Sequence record: SRR31156797_7389
Length of the DNA: 50,381 nucleotides
Reading direction: 5' to 3' (one strand)
In this document: positions 30,063 through 40,571 of the stretch, in pieces
Position numbering within the stretch: position 1 is the first letter of the stretch
How the letters are laid out: each line of letters opens with the position of its first letter
The notes under the pieces: generated by a model
The model's database searches: none
What the model saw: the letters and a program-made list of their open reading frames with translations, nothing else
Told to the model about the DNA's origin: nothing
Made by a program: the position numbers and the translations under genes

Positions 30063-31613
30063 ATGACAAGCCACTCTGAAAAAATCATCATTCTCGACTT
30101 TGGCTCTCAGACCACCCAGTTAATTGCCCGCCGCGTCCGCGAGCAAAAGGTATATAGTGAAATTCATCCCTATACCCTGCCGCTGGATGATCTCAAGGCA
30201 ATGCGCCCTACCGGTATCATTCTCTCAGGCGGTCCAGCAAGTGTTTATGATGACGATGCACCGATAAGTGACCCGCAAATATTTGAACTGGGGATTCCTG
30301 TTCTTGGTATCTGCTATGGTGCTCAATTGATGATGGTCCAAAACGGCGGGCGGGTAGAAAAAGCTGAAAAGCGAGAATTCGGCAAAGCTGATCTTAATAT
30401 CGATTATACTGCCGGTCTTTTTGCCGGTATGGAAACCGCACCAACTCATTACCAGGTATGGATGAGTCACGGAGACCGTATTGAAGAACTTGCCCCAGGG
30501 TTTACAGTGACTGCGACCAGTGGACATTCTCCTTATGCCGCTCTTCGCCATGAAGAAAAACCCTTTGTTGCCGTGCAGTTTCATCCGGAGGTTGCCCACA
30601 CCCTTATTGGTAATGATGTACTGCGCAATTTCGTTTTCGGTTTATGTGGATGTAAACCGGAATGGACAATGCATTCCTTTATTGATGCAACAGTAAAGGA
30701 TATTCAAGATAAAGTAGGGAAAGAAAAAGTCATCTGCGCACTTTCCGGTGGAGTTGATTCATCGGTGGTGGCCGCTCTGATCCACAAGGCCATTGGTGAT
30801 CAGTTAACCTGTATATACGTCAATAATGGTCTAATGAGGGCCGGTGAATCTGAAAGTATTCTTAATTTTTTCACTCAGAAAACAAGCCTACAGCTCATTG
30901 ATGTTAATGCAGAGTCATTCTTCCTGGAAAAACTGCACGGAATTTCCGATCCAGAGGAAAAACGGAAGAGGATTGGTTTTGGGTTTATAGAGATATTTGA
31001 GCAGGAAGCAAAAAAACTGGGTGATGTAAAATTTTTGGCCCAAGGCACTCTGTACCCTGACGTGATCGAATCGGTCGAATTCCGGGGCAAGGCTCCCATC
31101 AAATCCCATCACAATGTTGGCGGGTTACCGGAAAGGATGCACCTTGACCTTATTGAACCTCTCAGGGAACTCTTCAAGGATGAAGTCCGCGAACTCGGTC
31201 TTGAACTCGGCCTCCCGGAGCAGGCTATCTACCGCCAACCTTTCCCTGGCCCCGGGCTTGGTATCCGTATCATGGGCGAAGTCTCAGAAGAGCGTCTCCA
31301 CATCCTCCGCCAGGCTGATGTTATTGTTCTTGAAGAGATAAGAAATGCAGGTTGGTATCGCAAGGTCTGGCAGTCGTTTGCGGTGTTGCTCCCCATCCAA
31401 ACTGTGGGAGTCATGGGTGACGGACGAACCTATGAGCATGTGATTGCTCTTCGCTGTGTTGATTCTATAGACGCCATGACTGCTGACTGGTCGCGGCTGC
31501 CGTATGATATTCTCGGTCGCATTTCCAACCGAATTATTAATGAGGTCCGCGGTGTTAACCGTGTAGTATACGATATTTCTTCAAAACCGCCATCCACTAT
31601 CGAGTGGGAATAA
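30063..31613 (+). CDS. guaA: GMP synthase (glutamine-hydrolysing)
   Basis: [42 protein letters not shown]. Confidence 0.98.
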   Translation: MTSHSEKIIILDFGSQTTQLIARRVREQKVYSEIHPYTLPLDDLKAMRPTGIILSGGPASVYDDDAPISDPQIFELGIPVLGICYGAQLMMVQNGGRVEKAEKREFGKADLNIDYTAGLFAGMETAPTHYQVWMSHGDRIEELAPGFTVTATSGHSPYAALRHEEKPFVAVQFHPEVAHTLIGNDVLRNFVFGLCGCKPEWTMHSFIDATVKDIQDKVGKEKVICALSGGVDSSVVAALIHKAIGDQLTCIYVNNGLMRAGESESILNFFTQKTSLQLIDVNAESFFLEKLHGISDPEEKRKRIGFGFIEIFEQEAKKLGDVKFLAQGTLYPDVIESVEFRGKAPIKSHHNVGGLPERMHLDLIEPLRELFKDEVRELGLELGLPEQAIYRQPFPGPGLGIRIMGEVSEERLHILRQADVIVLEEIRNAGWYRKVWQSFAVLLPIQTVGVMGDGRTYEHVIALRCVDSIDAMTADWSRLPYDILGRISNRIINEVRGVNRVVYDISSKPPSTIEWE

Positions 31614-31623
31614 AGAGCATATT

Positions 31624-32406
31624 ATGCTGAAAACAGGTATCTACGTTGATGCCGAAAACATCAAAATGAGCGGCGGTTATGGCATGCGTTACGATGTCCT
31701 GGTGGACATTGCCAACGAAGGCCATTCTGCCCTGCTCAGGGCTAATTGTTACCTCGCGGAAGACCGTGAAAGAACCCAAAGCGATCAGGAATATCGTCAA
31801 AAAGTTTACTCCTATCACGATATCCTCCGCCAGTGCGGGTTCAAGGTAATTAAAAAATATGTCCGTCGCTTTCAAGATGATGAGGGTAATATAACGACCA
31901 AGGCTAATGCAGATATGGATCTGGCTATTGACGCTCTGCTGCAGGCACGCAACCTTGATCGCATTATCCTGCTTACTGGCGATGGTGACTTCATTCGCTT
32001 AATTATTGCCCTGCAAAATATGGGATGCAGGGTAGAAGTTATCGGTTTCCACAATGTAAGCAATGCATTACGGGAAGTTGCCGACTCGTACATGTCCGGC
32101 TTCCTCATCCCGGGACTCCTTCCCATCAATAACTATCCCTCCCAGGATGGATCCCATGAACAGTGGCAACGCGGTACGGTAGCTAATTTTAATATGGAAA
32201 GAGGATTTGGCTTTTTCCGCTATTACCGATTGGAAAAGAGACGTCTCGTTCCATATACTGTTTTTTTTCACCTCTCAAAGTCGACCCTGGGTTCAGATCA
32301 ATATTTCCTTGACCAGGGAAGAATTTTTGAATTTCGCATTGTTGAAAACCCTGCAAACGATAACCGTTCAGAGGCGTGGGACATCAGGCTCCTCAAGGAA
32401 CCCTAA
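31624..32406 (+). CDS. NYN (LabA/DUF88) domain protein with a C-terminal cold-shock-like domain
   Basis: IYVDAENI, KANADMDLAID, LLTGDGDF, GCRVEVIG; C-terminal GTV..FN.ERGFGF and VFFHLS (RNP1/RNP2-like). Confidence 0.88.
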   Translation: MLKTGIYVDAENIKMSGGYGMRYDVLVDIANEGHSALLRANCYLAEDRERTQSDQEYRQKVYSYHDILRQCGFKVIKKYVRRFQDDEGNITTKANADMDLAIDALLQARNLDRIILLTGDGDFIRLIIALQNMGCRVEVIGFHNVSNALREVADSYMSGFLIPGLLPINNYPSQDGSHEQWQRGTVANFNMERGFGFFRYYRLEKRRLVPYTVFFHLSKSTLGSDQYFLDQGRIFEFRIVENPANDNRSEAWDIRLLKEP

Positions 32407-32530
32407 CCTACTGCAGTATATATTGTCGCTGTTTATCCAATAGTGACAATTAATTTATTTTCTTCATTGAATCATGCCTGGCCGATGGTTATGCTTTAGC
32501 TAATTGGGAACGTATATCCTGTATAATCAA

Positions 32531-32645
32531 AGGGATGAGATAGCCACCGGCCTTTGAAGCCTCTTGAAAATCCTCCCTCCGCAGCCAGCCCCTTGTCCTG
32601 CAAGTTGTCTCGTAGTCACAGGATGGTTACTCTCCCTCTTTTTTT
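32531..32645 (+). ncRNA. Candidate structured RNA (sRNA or 5' leader of glk)
   Basis: TATAAT at 32522-32527. 5' AGGGATGAGATAGCCA can pair with 3' TGGTTACTCTCCCT; internal TCCTG/CAGGA stem; ends in a T7 run. No known family recognised. Confidence 0.35.
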
Positions 32646-32678
32646 AAATCAAAAAAAGGCATATCTCCTCTGGACACG

Positions 32679-33689
32679 ATGACCGATAACGCACTCCTTC
32701 TGGCCGGTGATATAGGCGGCACCAAAACAACCCTCGCACTGTACCGCCAATCGGAATGGCCGGAGCCCCCATTGGCGCAGCATACCTTTCAAAATTGCCA
32801 GGCAACAGATTTTTATCAACTCGTTGATCAGTTCCTACAGCAAAATAACGCAAACCCAGCTTTCGGGTGTTTTGGTATTGCCGGCCCTGTCGTTCACAAC
32901 CAGGCAGAGATGACCAATCTTGACTGGACTCTCTCCGCAGAACATCTTCAACAACAATTTCACCTTAAACACACTTTCCTGATAAACGATCTGGTTGCAA
33001 CTACCATGGGAGCCGTTCTGCTGCCAAAGGCCGACGTTGAAATACTCAATACCGGCAGGCCTGTATCCAATGCTACCGTTGCAGTTCTTGCCCCAGGCAC
33101 AGGACTGGGACAGGGCTTTTTAACCCATGATGGAGCTCAACTCGTTCCCCATCCTTCTGAGGGTGGTCACATCAGTTTTGCACCAAGAGGCGCACGCCAA
33201 ATACAGTTGCTTACCCATATGCACCAGAAGTATGCACATGTCTCCGTCGAGCACGTCTGTTCCGGCAGCGGCTTGCCCAATCTGCTTGACTTTATGCAGA
33301 CTCAGATCCCAGTCCCTCCCCAACTTATTAAAGAGTTGGCCCTTACCAGTGATAAAACACCGGTCATTATAAGCGCTGCTCTTAAGGCATTACATAATAA
33401 CCAGACAGACCACATTGCCCTGCAAACCATTTTACTTTTTATCGATATCCTTGCAGACCAGGCAGCCAATCTTGCGTTAACCACCATGGCTCTGGGGGGA
33501 ATCTTTCTTGGCGGCGGGCTCGCCCCAAGAATCAAGCCCTTCATTACTCACGAGCGTTTCATGGCTCTCTTTACCAGGGGCGTCTATCAAGAGTTGTTGC
33601 AAGATATTCCTCTAAAAATAATACTCAACCCGCACACAGCAACTCTGGGTGCGGCAGCATATGGATTCCAAAAGATAACAACACTCTAA
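32679..33689 (+). CDS. glk: Glucokinase (Glk family)
   Basis: LAGDIGGTKT, FGIAGPV, MTNLDW, LINDL, APGTGLG, SEGGH, VSVEHVCSG.GL. Confidence 0.93.
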   Translation: MTDNALLLAGDIGGTKTTLALYRQSEWPEPPLAQHTFQNCQATDFYQLVDQFLQQNNANPAFGCFGIAGPVVHNQAEMTNLDWTLSAEHLQQQFHLKHTFLINDLVATTMGAVLLPKADVEILNTGRPVSNATVAVLAPGTGLGQGFLTHDGAQLVPHPSEGGHISFAPRGARQIQLLTHMHQKYAHVSVEHVCSGSGLPNLLDFMQTQIPVPPQLIKELALTSDKTPVIISAALKALHNNQTDHIALQTILLFIDILADQAANLALTTMALGGIFLGGGLAPRIKPFITHERFMALFTRGVYQELLQDIPLKIILNPHTATLGAAAYGFQKITTL

Positions 33690-33715
33690 GAAAACATCTC
33701 TCCACAGGAGCTGTT

Positions 33716-34405
33716 ATGAGCAAAGGCATGGTCAAAAAGGTCATCATTGTCTCCGTTATCCTTGTACTAATCCTGCTGTTCAAGTTTTTCGGATTAGGCG
33801 ACTACCTGACCCTGGACTTTCTCAAACAAAAACAGGATGCCCTGCTGACTATGTCCGAAGCTCGGCCACTCCTTATTTTATCCCTCTATTGTATCACCTA
33901 TATCGTGGTAACAGCACTGTCCCTTCCTGGAGCTGCAGTGATGACCCTTGCTGGTGGTGGACTTTTTGGCCTGATGACAGGAACTGTTGTCGTCTCTTTT
34001 TCCTCAACCATCGGTGCCACTCTAGCCTGTATCGTTGCCCGTTACCTGTTACGTGACTGGGTCCAAAAAAAATTTAGCGATAAGCTGATAAAAATTAATC
34101 AAGGTATGGTTAAGGAGGGTGGTTTTTATCTGTTCAGCCTCCGTCTGGTACCCCTGTTTCCCTTTTTTGTAATCAATCTGGTTATGGGGTTAACCTCAAT
34201 CCGCCTGGTAACTTACTACTGGGTCTCTCAGCTGGGTATGCTGCCGGCTACCATTGTTTATGTCAATGCCGGAAAAGAACTTGCTAAGATCGACAGTCTG
34301 GCCGGCATCCTCTCACCTCGTCTCATTCTTTCTTTTGCTCTGCTCGGCTTACTGCCGCTTCTCACCAAAAAGCTCCTCACTCTATACGCAGCCAGAAGAG
34401 GATAA
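33716..34405 (+). CDS. TVP38/TMEM64 (DedA superfamily) membrane protein
   Basis: ALSLPGAAVMTLAGG.LFG, LRLVPLFPFFVINL.MG, SQLGMLPAT.VYVNAG. Confidence 0.92.
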   Translation: MSKGMVKKVIIVSVILVLILLFKFFGLGDYLTLDFLKQKQDALLTMSEARPLLILSLYCITYIVVTALSLPGAAVMTLAGGGLFGLMTGTVVVSFSSTIGATLACIVARYLLRDWVQKKFSDKLIKINQGMVKEGGFYLFSLRLVPLFPFFVINLVMGLTSIRLVTYYWVSQLGMLPATIVYVNAGKELAKIDSLAGILSPRLILSFALLGLLPLLTKKLLTLYAARRG

Positions 34406-34436
34406 CACGCCAGCAAATTCGACACGGAGATAATAT

Positions 34437-35906
34437 ATGCATAAATATGATTTTGATATAGGTATTATTGGTGGCGGCGCGGCGGGCTTGACTATCACTG
34501 CCGGGGCAGCACAGTTGGGTGCGAGAACGCTCCTGATTGAAAAAGAACAGCTGTTGGGGGGCGACTGTCTCCATTACGGGTGCGTACCCAGCAAAACCCT
34601 TATCAAGTCAGCTCACGTTTATCATAATATTAAACAAAGTCGGGAATTCGGTCTGCCCCAAGCCACCATAGGCCCGGTACATTTTCCGGATATTGCAACC
34701 CGTATTCAGCAGGTGATAAGTACCATCCAAGTCCATGACTCGGTGGAGCGTTTTTGCAAATTGGGTGCCCAGGTTGCCTTTGGCCATCCTCAATTTACAG
34801 ATGAACACTCCGTACGCCTTAACGGCAAAAGTCATTCTGCCAGGTTCTGGGTCATTGCTACCGGATCTGAACCAGCACCACCAAAAGTCGAGGCGCTTCA
34901 TCATATAGATTACATTACCAATAAGGAAATTTTTTCCTTGAATGCCCTTCCAAAATCCATGTTGGTCCTCGGTGCGGGTCCCATTGCCGTGGAAATGGCC
35001 CAAGCCTTTAACCGACTTGGCACCGCAGTTACCGTGGTCCAGCGATCAGGACAAATCCTCAGTAAAGAAGATAAAGATATGGCTGATACAGTCATGGAAG
35101 TGCTTACGCTGGAAGGTATCCGTTTTTATCTCAATGCCGCAGTGGTTGATGCCTATGAAAAAAATGGCGCTAAACAGATCGTGATAGAGGGAGACGATGG
35201 TCAACAGGAAACACTGAAGGCCGATACGGTTCTTCTTGCCCAGGGCCGATCCCCCAATATCCATGATATGGGCCTAGCTCATATAGGCCTTAAGTGCAGT
35301 CCCTCAGGTATTGCTGTCGATGAACGAATGCGGACCAACCATCCACATATCTTTGCCGCAGGCGATATCACTGGTCGGTTTCAATTCACACATGCTGCGG
35401 GCTATGAAGGCGGCATAGTGGTCTCCAATACTCTTTTTCGCCTGCCGCGCAAGGCAGACTACACCTGGATGCCCTGGTGTACCTACACCGATCCAGAACT
35501 CGCGTCTCTTGGCTATAATGAAAAAAGAGCACAGGCCGCCGGTATCGACTTTACTGTCTGGACCGAAGAATTCAGTAACAATGACAGAGCACAGGCCGAA
35601 GGGGAGACCACAGGGAAACTCAAGCTACTGCTCAATGACAAGGAAAAACCCATTGGTGTACAGATTGCAGGTCCAAGGGCCGGAGACTTGCTTGGCGAAT
35701 GGGTCGCTATCCTCGGCGGTGGGGTAAAGCTCTCTACCCTGGCAGGGACAGTTCATCCCTATCCAACTCTGGGAGAAATCAACAAAAGAGTAGCAGGCAG
35801 TTATCTGTCGCCGAAAATATTTTCCAATACTGTGAAAAAGGGGCTGCAGTTCTTTTTCCAACTCAAAGGGCCGGTGAACGACCCATGTTCAAAACTTGAG
35901 AACTGA
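34437..35906 (+). CDS. Pyridine nucleotide-disulfide oxidoreductase (LPD/MerA-like family)
   Basis: IGGGAAG, GGDCLHYGCVPSK redox disulfide, GAGPIAVE, AAGD, HPYPTLGE. Confidence 0.9.
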   Translation: MHKYDFDIGIIGGGAAGLTITAGAAQLGARTLLIEKEQLLGGDCLHYGCVPSKTLIKSAHVYHNIKQSREFGLPQATIGPVHFPDIATRIQQVISTIQVHDSVERFCKLGAQVAFGHPQFTDEHSVRLNGKSHSARFWVIATGSEPAPPKVEALHHIDYITNKEIFSLNALPKSMLVLGAGPIAVEMAQAFNRLGTAVTVVQRSGQILSKEDKDMADTVMEVLTLEGIRFYLNAAVVDAYEKNGAKQIVIEGDDGQQETLKADTVLLAQGRSPNIHDMGLAHIGLKCSPSGIAVDERMRTNHPHIFAAGDITGRFQFTHAAGYEGGIVVSNTLFRLPRKADYTWMPWCTYTDPELASLGYNEKRAQAAGIDFTVWTEEFSNNDRAQAEGETTGKLKLLLNDKEKPIGVQIAGPRAGDLLGEWVAILGGGVKLSTLAGTVHPYPTLGEINKRVAGSYLSPKIFSNTVKKGLQFFFQLKGPVNDPCSKLEN

Positions 35907-36154
35907 CTGCCAGGACTGGATCATATCAGCCCCCATAACGGATACTGAACATAATGTTGCAGCTGCCTGGATATTGGCTGCGGCAAAGTCTTTCATATAA
36001 ACCTCTGGGCTTGACTAACACGCCTACAAGTATAATTATATTCAAGGAATTTTAAACGCCTGTTGCAATCGTTTATAATCCACCATAGGGAATTGCCACA
36101 CGAACCACCCAGGATTCCCTAACTTAGAAAATGTACTTTTAGGAGAATTTGTGA

Positions 36155-37621
36155 ATGCAATTTAATCACTTTATTTCAAGGAGAACCCTACATACCACCC
36201 TTGTTTTTTGTTTTATAGCTTTATTCTCAACCATCAATGCCTGTGCACAGGAAGAAGCTGACATTGCCCTGCTTGACCGCTCTGCAAAGGCCTTTGCCTC
36301 GGTGGTCAAAAAGGCAGGCCCGGCAGTGGTTCATGTGGCTGTTGAAAAAGCAGTGGGCAGAGGTATGCAGGCAAATCCCCACGATTTTTTTAATGATCCG
36401 TTTTTTGAACGATTCTTTGGCCCTCAGTTCAAACAGCCTCGAGATAAACAACAGCCTCGTCAATATCGTCAGCAGGGTGCAGGGTCAGGGTTTATTTTTG
36501 ACAGCAACGGCTATATTCTAACCAATAATCATGTGGTTGAAGGTGCTGAAAAAATAACAGTCCGTCTTGATGATAAACGGGAATTTAAAGCCAAAGTCAT
36601 TGGCACCGATCCTCAATCAGATGTCGCCATTATCAAGATTGACGGTACAAACCTGCCGACTCTTCCCTTTGGCAATTCAGACAATCTCGAAGTCGGCGAA
36701 TGGGTCATTGCAATCGGCAGCCCCTTTGAGCTTAACCAAACGGTAACAGTTGGAGTAGTAAGCGCTAAAGGACGCAACCGGGTGGGAATCACTGATTATG
36801 AAAATTTTATTCAGACCGATGCTGCCATTAATCCTGGCAATTCCGGTGGCCCCTTGTTGAATATCCATGGTGAAGCCATTGGTCTTAACACTGCTATTTT
36901 TTCAAAAAGTGGTGGTTATATGGGAATAGGCTTTGCCATTCCCATCAACATGGCCAAGTCCATCAAGCAGCAGTTGCTTGATCACGGCACGGTCACCCGT
37001 GGCTGGCTGGGAGTCATGATACAGGACGTGGATGAAGACTTGGCACAATCCTTTGGGTTGGATAGTGCCAGCGGCGTTTTGATTGCAGAGGTTACCGATA
37101 AATCCCCTGCTGCCAAAGCAGGCATCAAACAAGGGGATGTTCTGATTGCCCTCAACAAAGTCCCCCTGACTAACGTAGCTGATCTACGCAACAAGATTGC
37201 CATGACCTCACCCGATTCAAAGGTTAACTTTGAGCTTATCAGGGACGGAAAATCAAAAAACATCTCCGTTACCATTGGTCAGCAACCAACCAATATGGCA
37301 GCAACACAGCCGTCTGCCACACCGCAGACCACTGCTTTGGGAGAATTTGGACTGTCACTTCAGGAACTCACCCCTGAACTTGCGGAACAATTTCAATACG
37401 AGCCCAATCAGGGTGTACTGATTACTGCGGTTGAGCTTGACAGTCCAGCAGGACGCGTTGGCCTGCAGGCAGGACAATTGATTGAAGAGGTGAACAGACA
37501 GCCGGTAAGCAACCTTTCTGAGCTTAAAAAAGTTCTATCATCTTCGAAAAACAAACAACAAGTACTACTCCGCACCCGTGCGGGAAAATCAAGCCAATAC
37601 GTTGTATTGAGAAACGAGTAA
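36155..37621 (+). CDS. DegP/DegQ (HtrA) serine protease with two PDZ domains
   Basis: GSGFI, TNNHVV, DVAIIK, QTDAAINPGNSGGPL, RGWLGV. Confidence 0.96.
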   Translation: MQFNHFISRRTLHTTLVFCFIALFSTINACAQEEADIALLDRSAKAFASVVKKAGPAVVHVAVEKAVGRGMQANPHDFFNDPFFERFFGPQFKQPRDKQQPRQYRQQGAGSGFIFDSNGYILTNNHVVEGAEKITVRLDDKREFKAKVIGTDPQSDVAIIKIDGTNLPTLPFGNSDNLEVGEWVIAIGSPFELNQTVTVGVVSAKGRNRVGITDYENFIQTDAAINPGNSGGPLLNIHGEAIGLNTAIFSKSGGYMGIGFAIPINMAKSIKQQLLDHGTVTRGWLGVMIQDVDEDLAQSFGLDSASGVLIAEVTDKSPAAKAGIKQGDVLIALNKVPLTNVADLRNKIAMTSPDSKVNFELIRDGKSKNISVTIGQQPTNMAATQPSATPQTTALGEFGLSLQELTPELAEQFQYEPNQGVLITAVELDSPAGRVGLQAGQLIEEVNRQPVSNLSELKKVLSSSKNKQQVLLRTRAGKSSQYVVLRNE

Positions 37622-37634
37622 TATTGTAACCTCT

Positions 37635-37665
37635 ATAAGCCGGTGGATATACTCCATCGGCTTAT
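37635..37665 (+). terminator. Putative terminator after the protease gene
   Basis: ATAAGCCGGTGGA-TATAC-TCCATCGGCTTAT followed by a T-rich tract. Confidence 0.65.
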
Positions 37666-37763
37666 TGCCTTTCTTTCCTGTTTTTCCGGCCCCCATCATT
37701 ACAGGGTCAACTGGTTGTTTGTAACCGCCAAATCCGACCATCAATGTTCACGCAGGAGATCAT

Positions 37764-40502
37764 ATGTCCCACCAGATTGATTTTTCACATTTCGATTCCA
37801 GGCAGCAGTTCAACTCCCAAGGAAAGCCATACACACATTACGCAGTTAAGAGTCTTACCGATCTTGGATTTGGCGAAGTTTCCAGGTACCCTTTTTCCAT
37901 CCGCATCCTGCTTGAAAATTTGCTTCGCTATTTTCACCGTAATATGGCGACAGGAAGCCAGCTCAATGCTCTCGCATCATGGCGACCGGACGCCCTGCCA
38001 AATATGGGAATCCCCTTTATGCCAAGCCGGGTTATTTTGCAGGATTTTACTGGAGTACCAGCCTTGGTTGATCTTGCAGCATTACGATCGGCTGTTGCCC
38101 GCAATGGCGGTGACCCTGCATCTATGAACCCATTCATCCCGGTAGACCTGGTCATCGACCATTCCATCCAAGTGGACAAGTACGGGTCAGACGATGCGTT
38201 CAATTTTAACGTGTCCCGCGAAATGGAGCGTAACAGGGAACGCTATACCATGCTCCACTGGGGCCAAAAGGCATTTGATAATTTCCGGGTAGTCCCCCCG
38301 GGAACCGGTATTGTCCACCAGGTCAACCTCGAATACCTGGCCACTGTTACTCAGACTGCAACAAAAAACGGAATCAGCTATATTTATCCAGACAGTGTTC
38401 TGGGCACCGATTCCCACACCACCATGATCAATGGAATCGGTGTCATGGGATGGGGGGTTGGCGGCATCGAGGCAGAAGCAGTACTGCTTGCCCAACCATA
38501 TACCCTGCAGATCCCTGAAGTTATAGGAATGCGATTAAATGGCTCACTCCCTCCCGGAACAACTGCCACCGACCTGGTTTTGACCATTACCAAATTCTTA
38601 CGTGAAAAAGGAGTTGTGGGCAGATTTATCGAATTCTTTGGCCCGGGACTGGAAAACCTCAGCCTGCCCGACCGCGCGACCATCGCCAATATGGCACCTG
38701 AATACGGTGCAACCATGGGATTTTTCCCGGTAGATAGGGAAACGCTTCGCTACCTGCGCAACAGTGGGAGGACCGCCGAACAGGTCCAACTGGTTGCCGA
38801 TTATTTTCAGGCTGCAGACCTCCTTTACAGTACAAAAATGACAGAGCCGGAATATACCTCTGTTTACAATATCGACCTGGGTGAGACTGTCCCCTCCCTG
38901 GCTGGACCTCGAAGACCCCAGGATTTACTGCCGTTGGCTGCAGTAAGTAAAGATTTTTACAACCAGTTTTCACAACAGGTTGAACACCGCCCAGCACCTA
39001 TTGAAGCGGGAAATATGGACGGCTGTCCAACCTGCGACACCACTCCGGTTGAATGCAGCTCAGCTGACAAAAACTGTGGTAATGTCGCCAATGGTTCCGT
39101 GGTTATTGCAGCTATTACCAGTTGCACCAACACCTCCAATCCAGATGTGATGATCGGGGCTGCGCTGCTTGCCCGCAAGGCAGTACAACTTGGGTTACAA
39201 TGTAAACCCTGGGTAAAAACCAGCCTTGCACCTGGGTCCAAGGTGGTGACCCGTTACCTGGAAAAAAGTAACCTGCTGGCCGATCTTGAAACGCTTGGCT
39301 TTAATCTTGTCGGCTATGGCTGCACCACCTGCATTGGGAATAGCGGTCCCCTGGACAAGACGGTGGCAGATGCCATCCAAAGTAAAAAGCTAATCACGGC
39401 AGCTGTGTTGAGCGGTAACCGAAATTTTGAAGCCCGTATCCATCCACAGATTCAGGCAAACTACCTTGGCTCGCCCTTGCTGGTGATTGCCTATGCCCTC
39501 GCCGGAACCGTATTGATAAATATGGAAACCGATCCGCTTGGCATCAGTGCCAAGGGAGAACCTGTTTACTTAAAAGATATCTGGCCCACCAAAGAAGAGA
39601 TTCGTGAAACCGTCCAAGAGGCAGTCACTGCTGACCTTTTCGTTGACAGTTATGCAACAGTTTTTGACGGCGACGAGCAATGGGAACAACTCCACGGAGG
39701 CAGCAACAGTCTTTTTCCTTGGGATAGCGAATCCTCCTATATCCGTGAACCACCTTTTTTTACTGACCTTAACAAAGAGCTGCCCCCAGCAACGAATATT
39801 CAACAGGCTAGGATTCTTGCCCTGTTCGGCGACACTATCACCACCGATCATATATCCCCAGCTGGCGCTATTGCGCCAGAAAGCCCTGCCGGTACATATT
39901 TACAAAGCCTAGGGATCAGCCCAAACGACTTTAATTCCTATGGTTCACGACGGGGAAATCACGAAGTTATGATCCGCGGCACCTTTGCCAATATTCGAAT
40001 TCGCAATACTATGGTTGACCGGGAAGGTGGGTACACCAGGTTTATGCCAGACGATAGGGAAGTCACCATTTATGATGCAGCCATGCAGTATCAACAGACT
40101 GGTACACCGCTGGTTGTCTTTGGCGGCAAGGATTACGGTACCGGAAGCTCGAGAGATTGGGCTGCAAAAGGAACCATGCTGCTTGGGGTACGTGCAGTTA
40201 TTGTCTCTTCCTTTGAAAGAATTCACCGTTCTAATTTAGTGGGAATGGGTGTGCTGCCCCTGCAATTCGAACCTGGCACCGACATTCAAACCCTGCAGCT
40301 CAGCGGGCAAGAGGTTGTCTCCATTGTAGGCATGGATGCTGACCTTACACCAAAACAGAAGCTGGAAGTGCTTGTTGAGCGACCAGATAGCACCCAAATT
40401 ACCATACCGGTCACCCTTCGCCTTGATAACGAGATGGAGATCGATTATTTTCACAACGGTGGCATACTGCACAAGGTGCTGCGCCAGATGATCACCCGGT
40501 AA
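37764..40502 (+). CDS. acnA: Aconitate hydratase A
   Basis: RVILQDFTGVP, GIVHQVNLE, AAITSCTNTSNP, GYGCTTCIGNSG, TTDHISPAG, GSSRDWAAKG. Confidence 0.97.
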   Translation: MSHQIDFSHFDSRQQFNSQGKPYTHYAVKSLTDLGFGEVSRYPFSIRILLENLLRYFHRNMATGSQLNALASWRPDALPNMGIPFMPSRVILQDFTGVPALVDLAALRSAVARNGGDPASMNPFIPVDLVIDHSIQVDKYGSDDAFNFNVSREMERNRERYTMLHWGQKAFDNFRVVPPGTGIVHQVNLEYLATVTQTATKNGISYIYPDSVLGTDSHTTMINGIGVMGWGVGGIEAEAVLLAQPYTLQIPEVIGMRLNGSLPPGTTATDLVLTITKFLREKGVVGRFIEFFGPGLENLSLPDRATIANMAPEYGATMGFFPVDRETLRYLRNSGRTAEQVQLVADYFQAADLLYSTKMTEPEYTSVYNIDLGETVPSLAGPRRPQDLLPLAAVSKDFYNQFSQQVEHRPAPIEAGNMDGCPTCDTTPVECSSADKNCGNVANGSVVIAAITSCTNTSNPDVMIGAALLARKAVQLGLQCKPWVKTSLAPGSKVVTRYLEKSNLLADLETLGFNLVGYGCTTCIGNSGPLDKTVADAIQSKKLITAAVLSGNRNFEARIHPQIQANYLGSPLLVIAYALAGTVLINMETDPLGISAKGEPVYLKDIWPTKEEIRETVQEAVTADLFVDSYATVFDGDEQWEQLHGGSNSLFPWDSESSYIREPPFFTDLNKELPPATNIQQARILALFGDTITTDHISPAGAIAPESPAGTYLQSLGISPNDFNSYGSRRGNHEVMIRGTFANIRIRNTMVDREGGYTRFMPDDREVTIYDAAMQYQQTGTPLVVFGGKDYGTGSSRDWAAKGTMLLGVRAVIVSSFERIHRSNLVGMGVLPLQFEPGTDIQTLQLSGQEVVSIVGMDADLTPKQKLEVLVERPDSTQITIPVTLRLDNEMEIDYFHNGGILHKVLRQMITR

Positions 40503-40509
40503 CAATCAA

Positions 40510-40554
40510 AAAAGGCAGGTAATCGTGGTGGCATCACGTCACTCCCTGCCTTTT
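40510..40554 (+). terminator. Putative terminator after acnA
   Basis: AAAAGGCAGG...CCTGCCTTTT. Confidence 0.6.
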
Positions 40555-40571
40555 CTCCTAAGTCAACCCAA

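Noticed and set aside
32531-32645. tRNA-Sec, SRP RNA or 6S RNA
   Set aside because: No T-loop GTTCGA, no SRP GGAA/AGCAG motif, and too short for 6S. Kept only as an unassigned candidate.
34437-35906. Mercuric reductase (merA)
   Set aside because: There is no C-terminal Cys-Cys pair, no N-terminal HMA domain and no mer genes nearby. Pairing with TVP38 is a common arrangement for this uncharacterised oxidoreductase group.
36011-36036. Sigma70 promoter TTGACT...TATAAT before the protease gene
   Set aside because: The spacer is only 14 nt, so these two hexamers cannot form one standard promoter.
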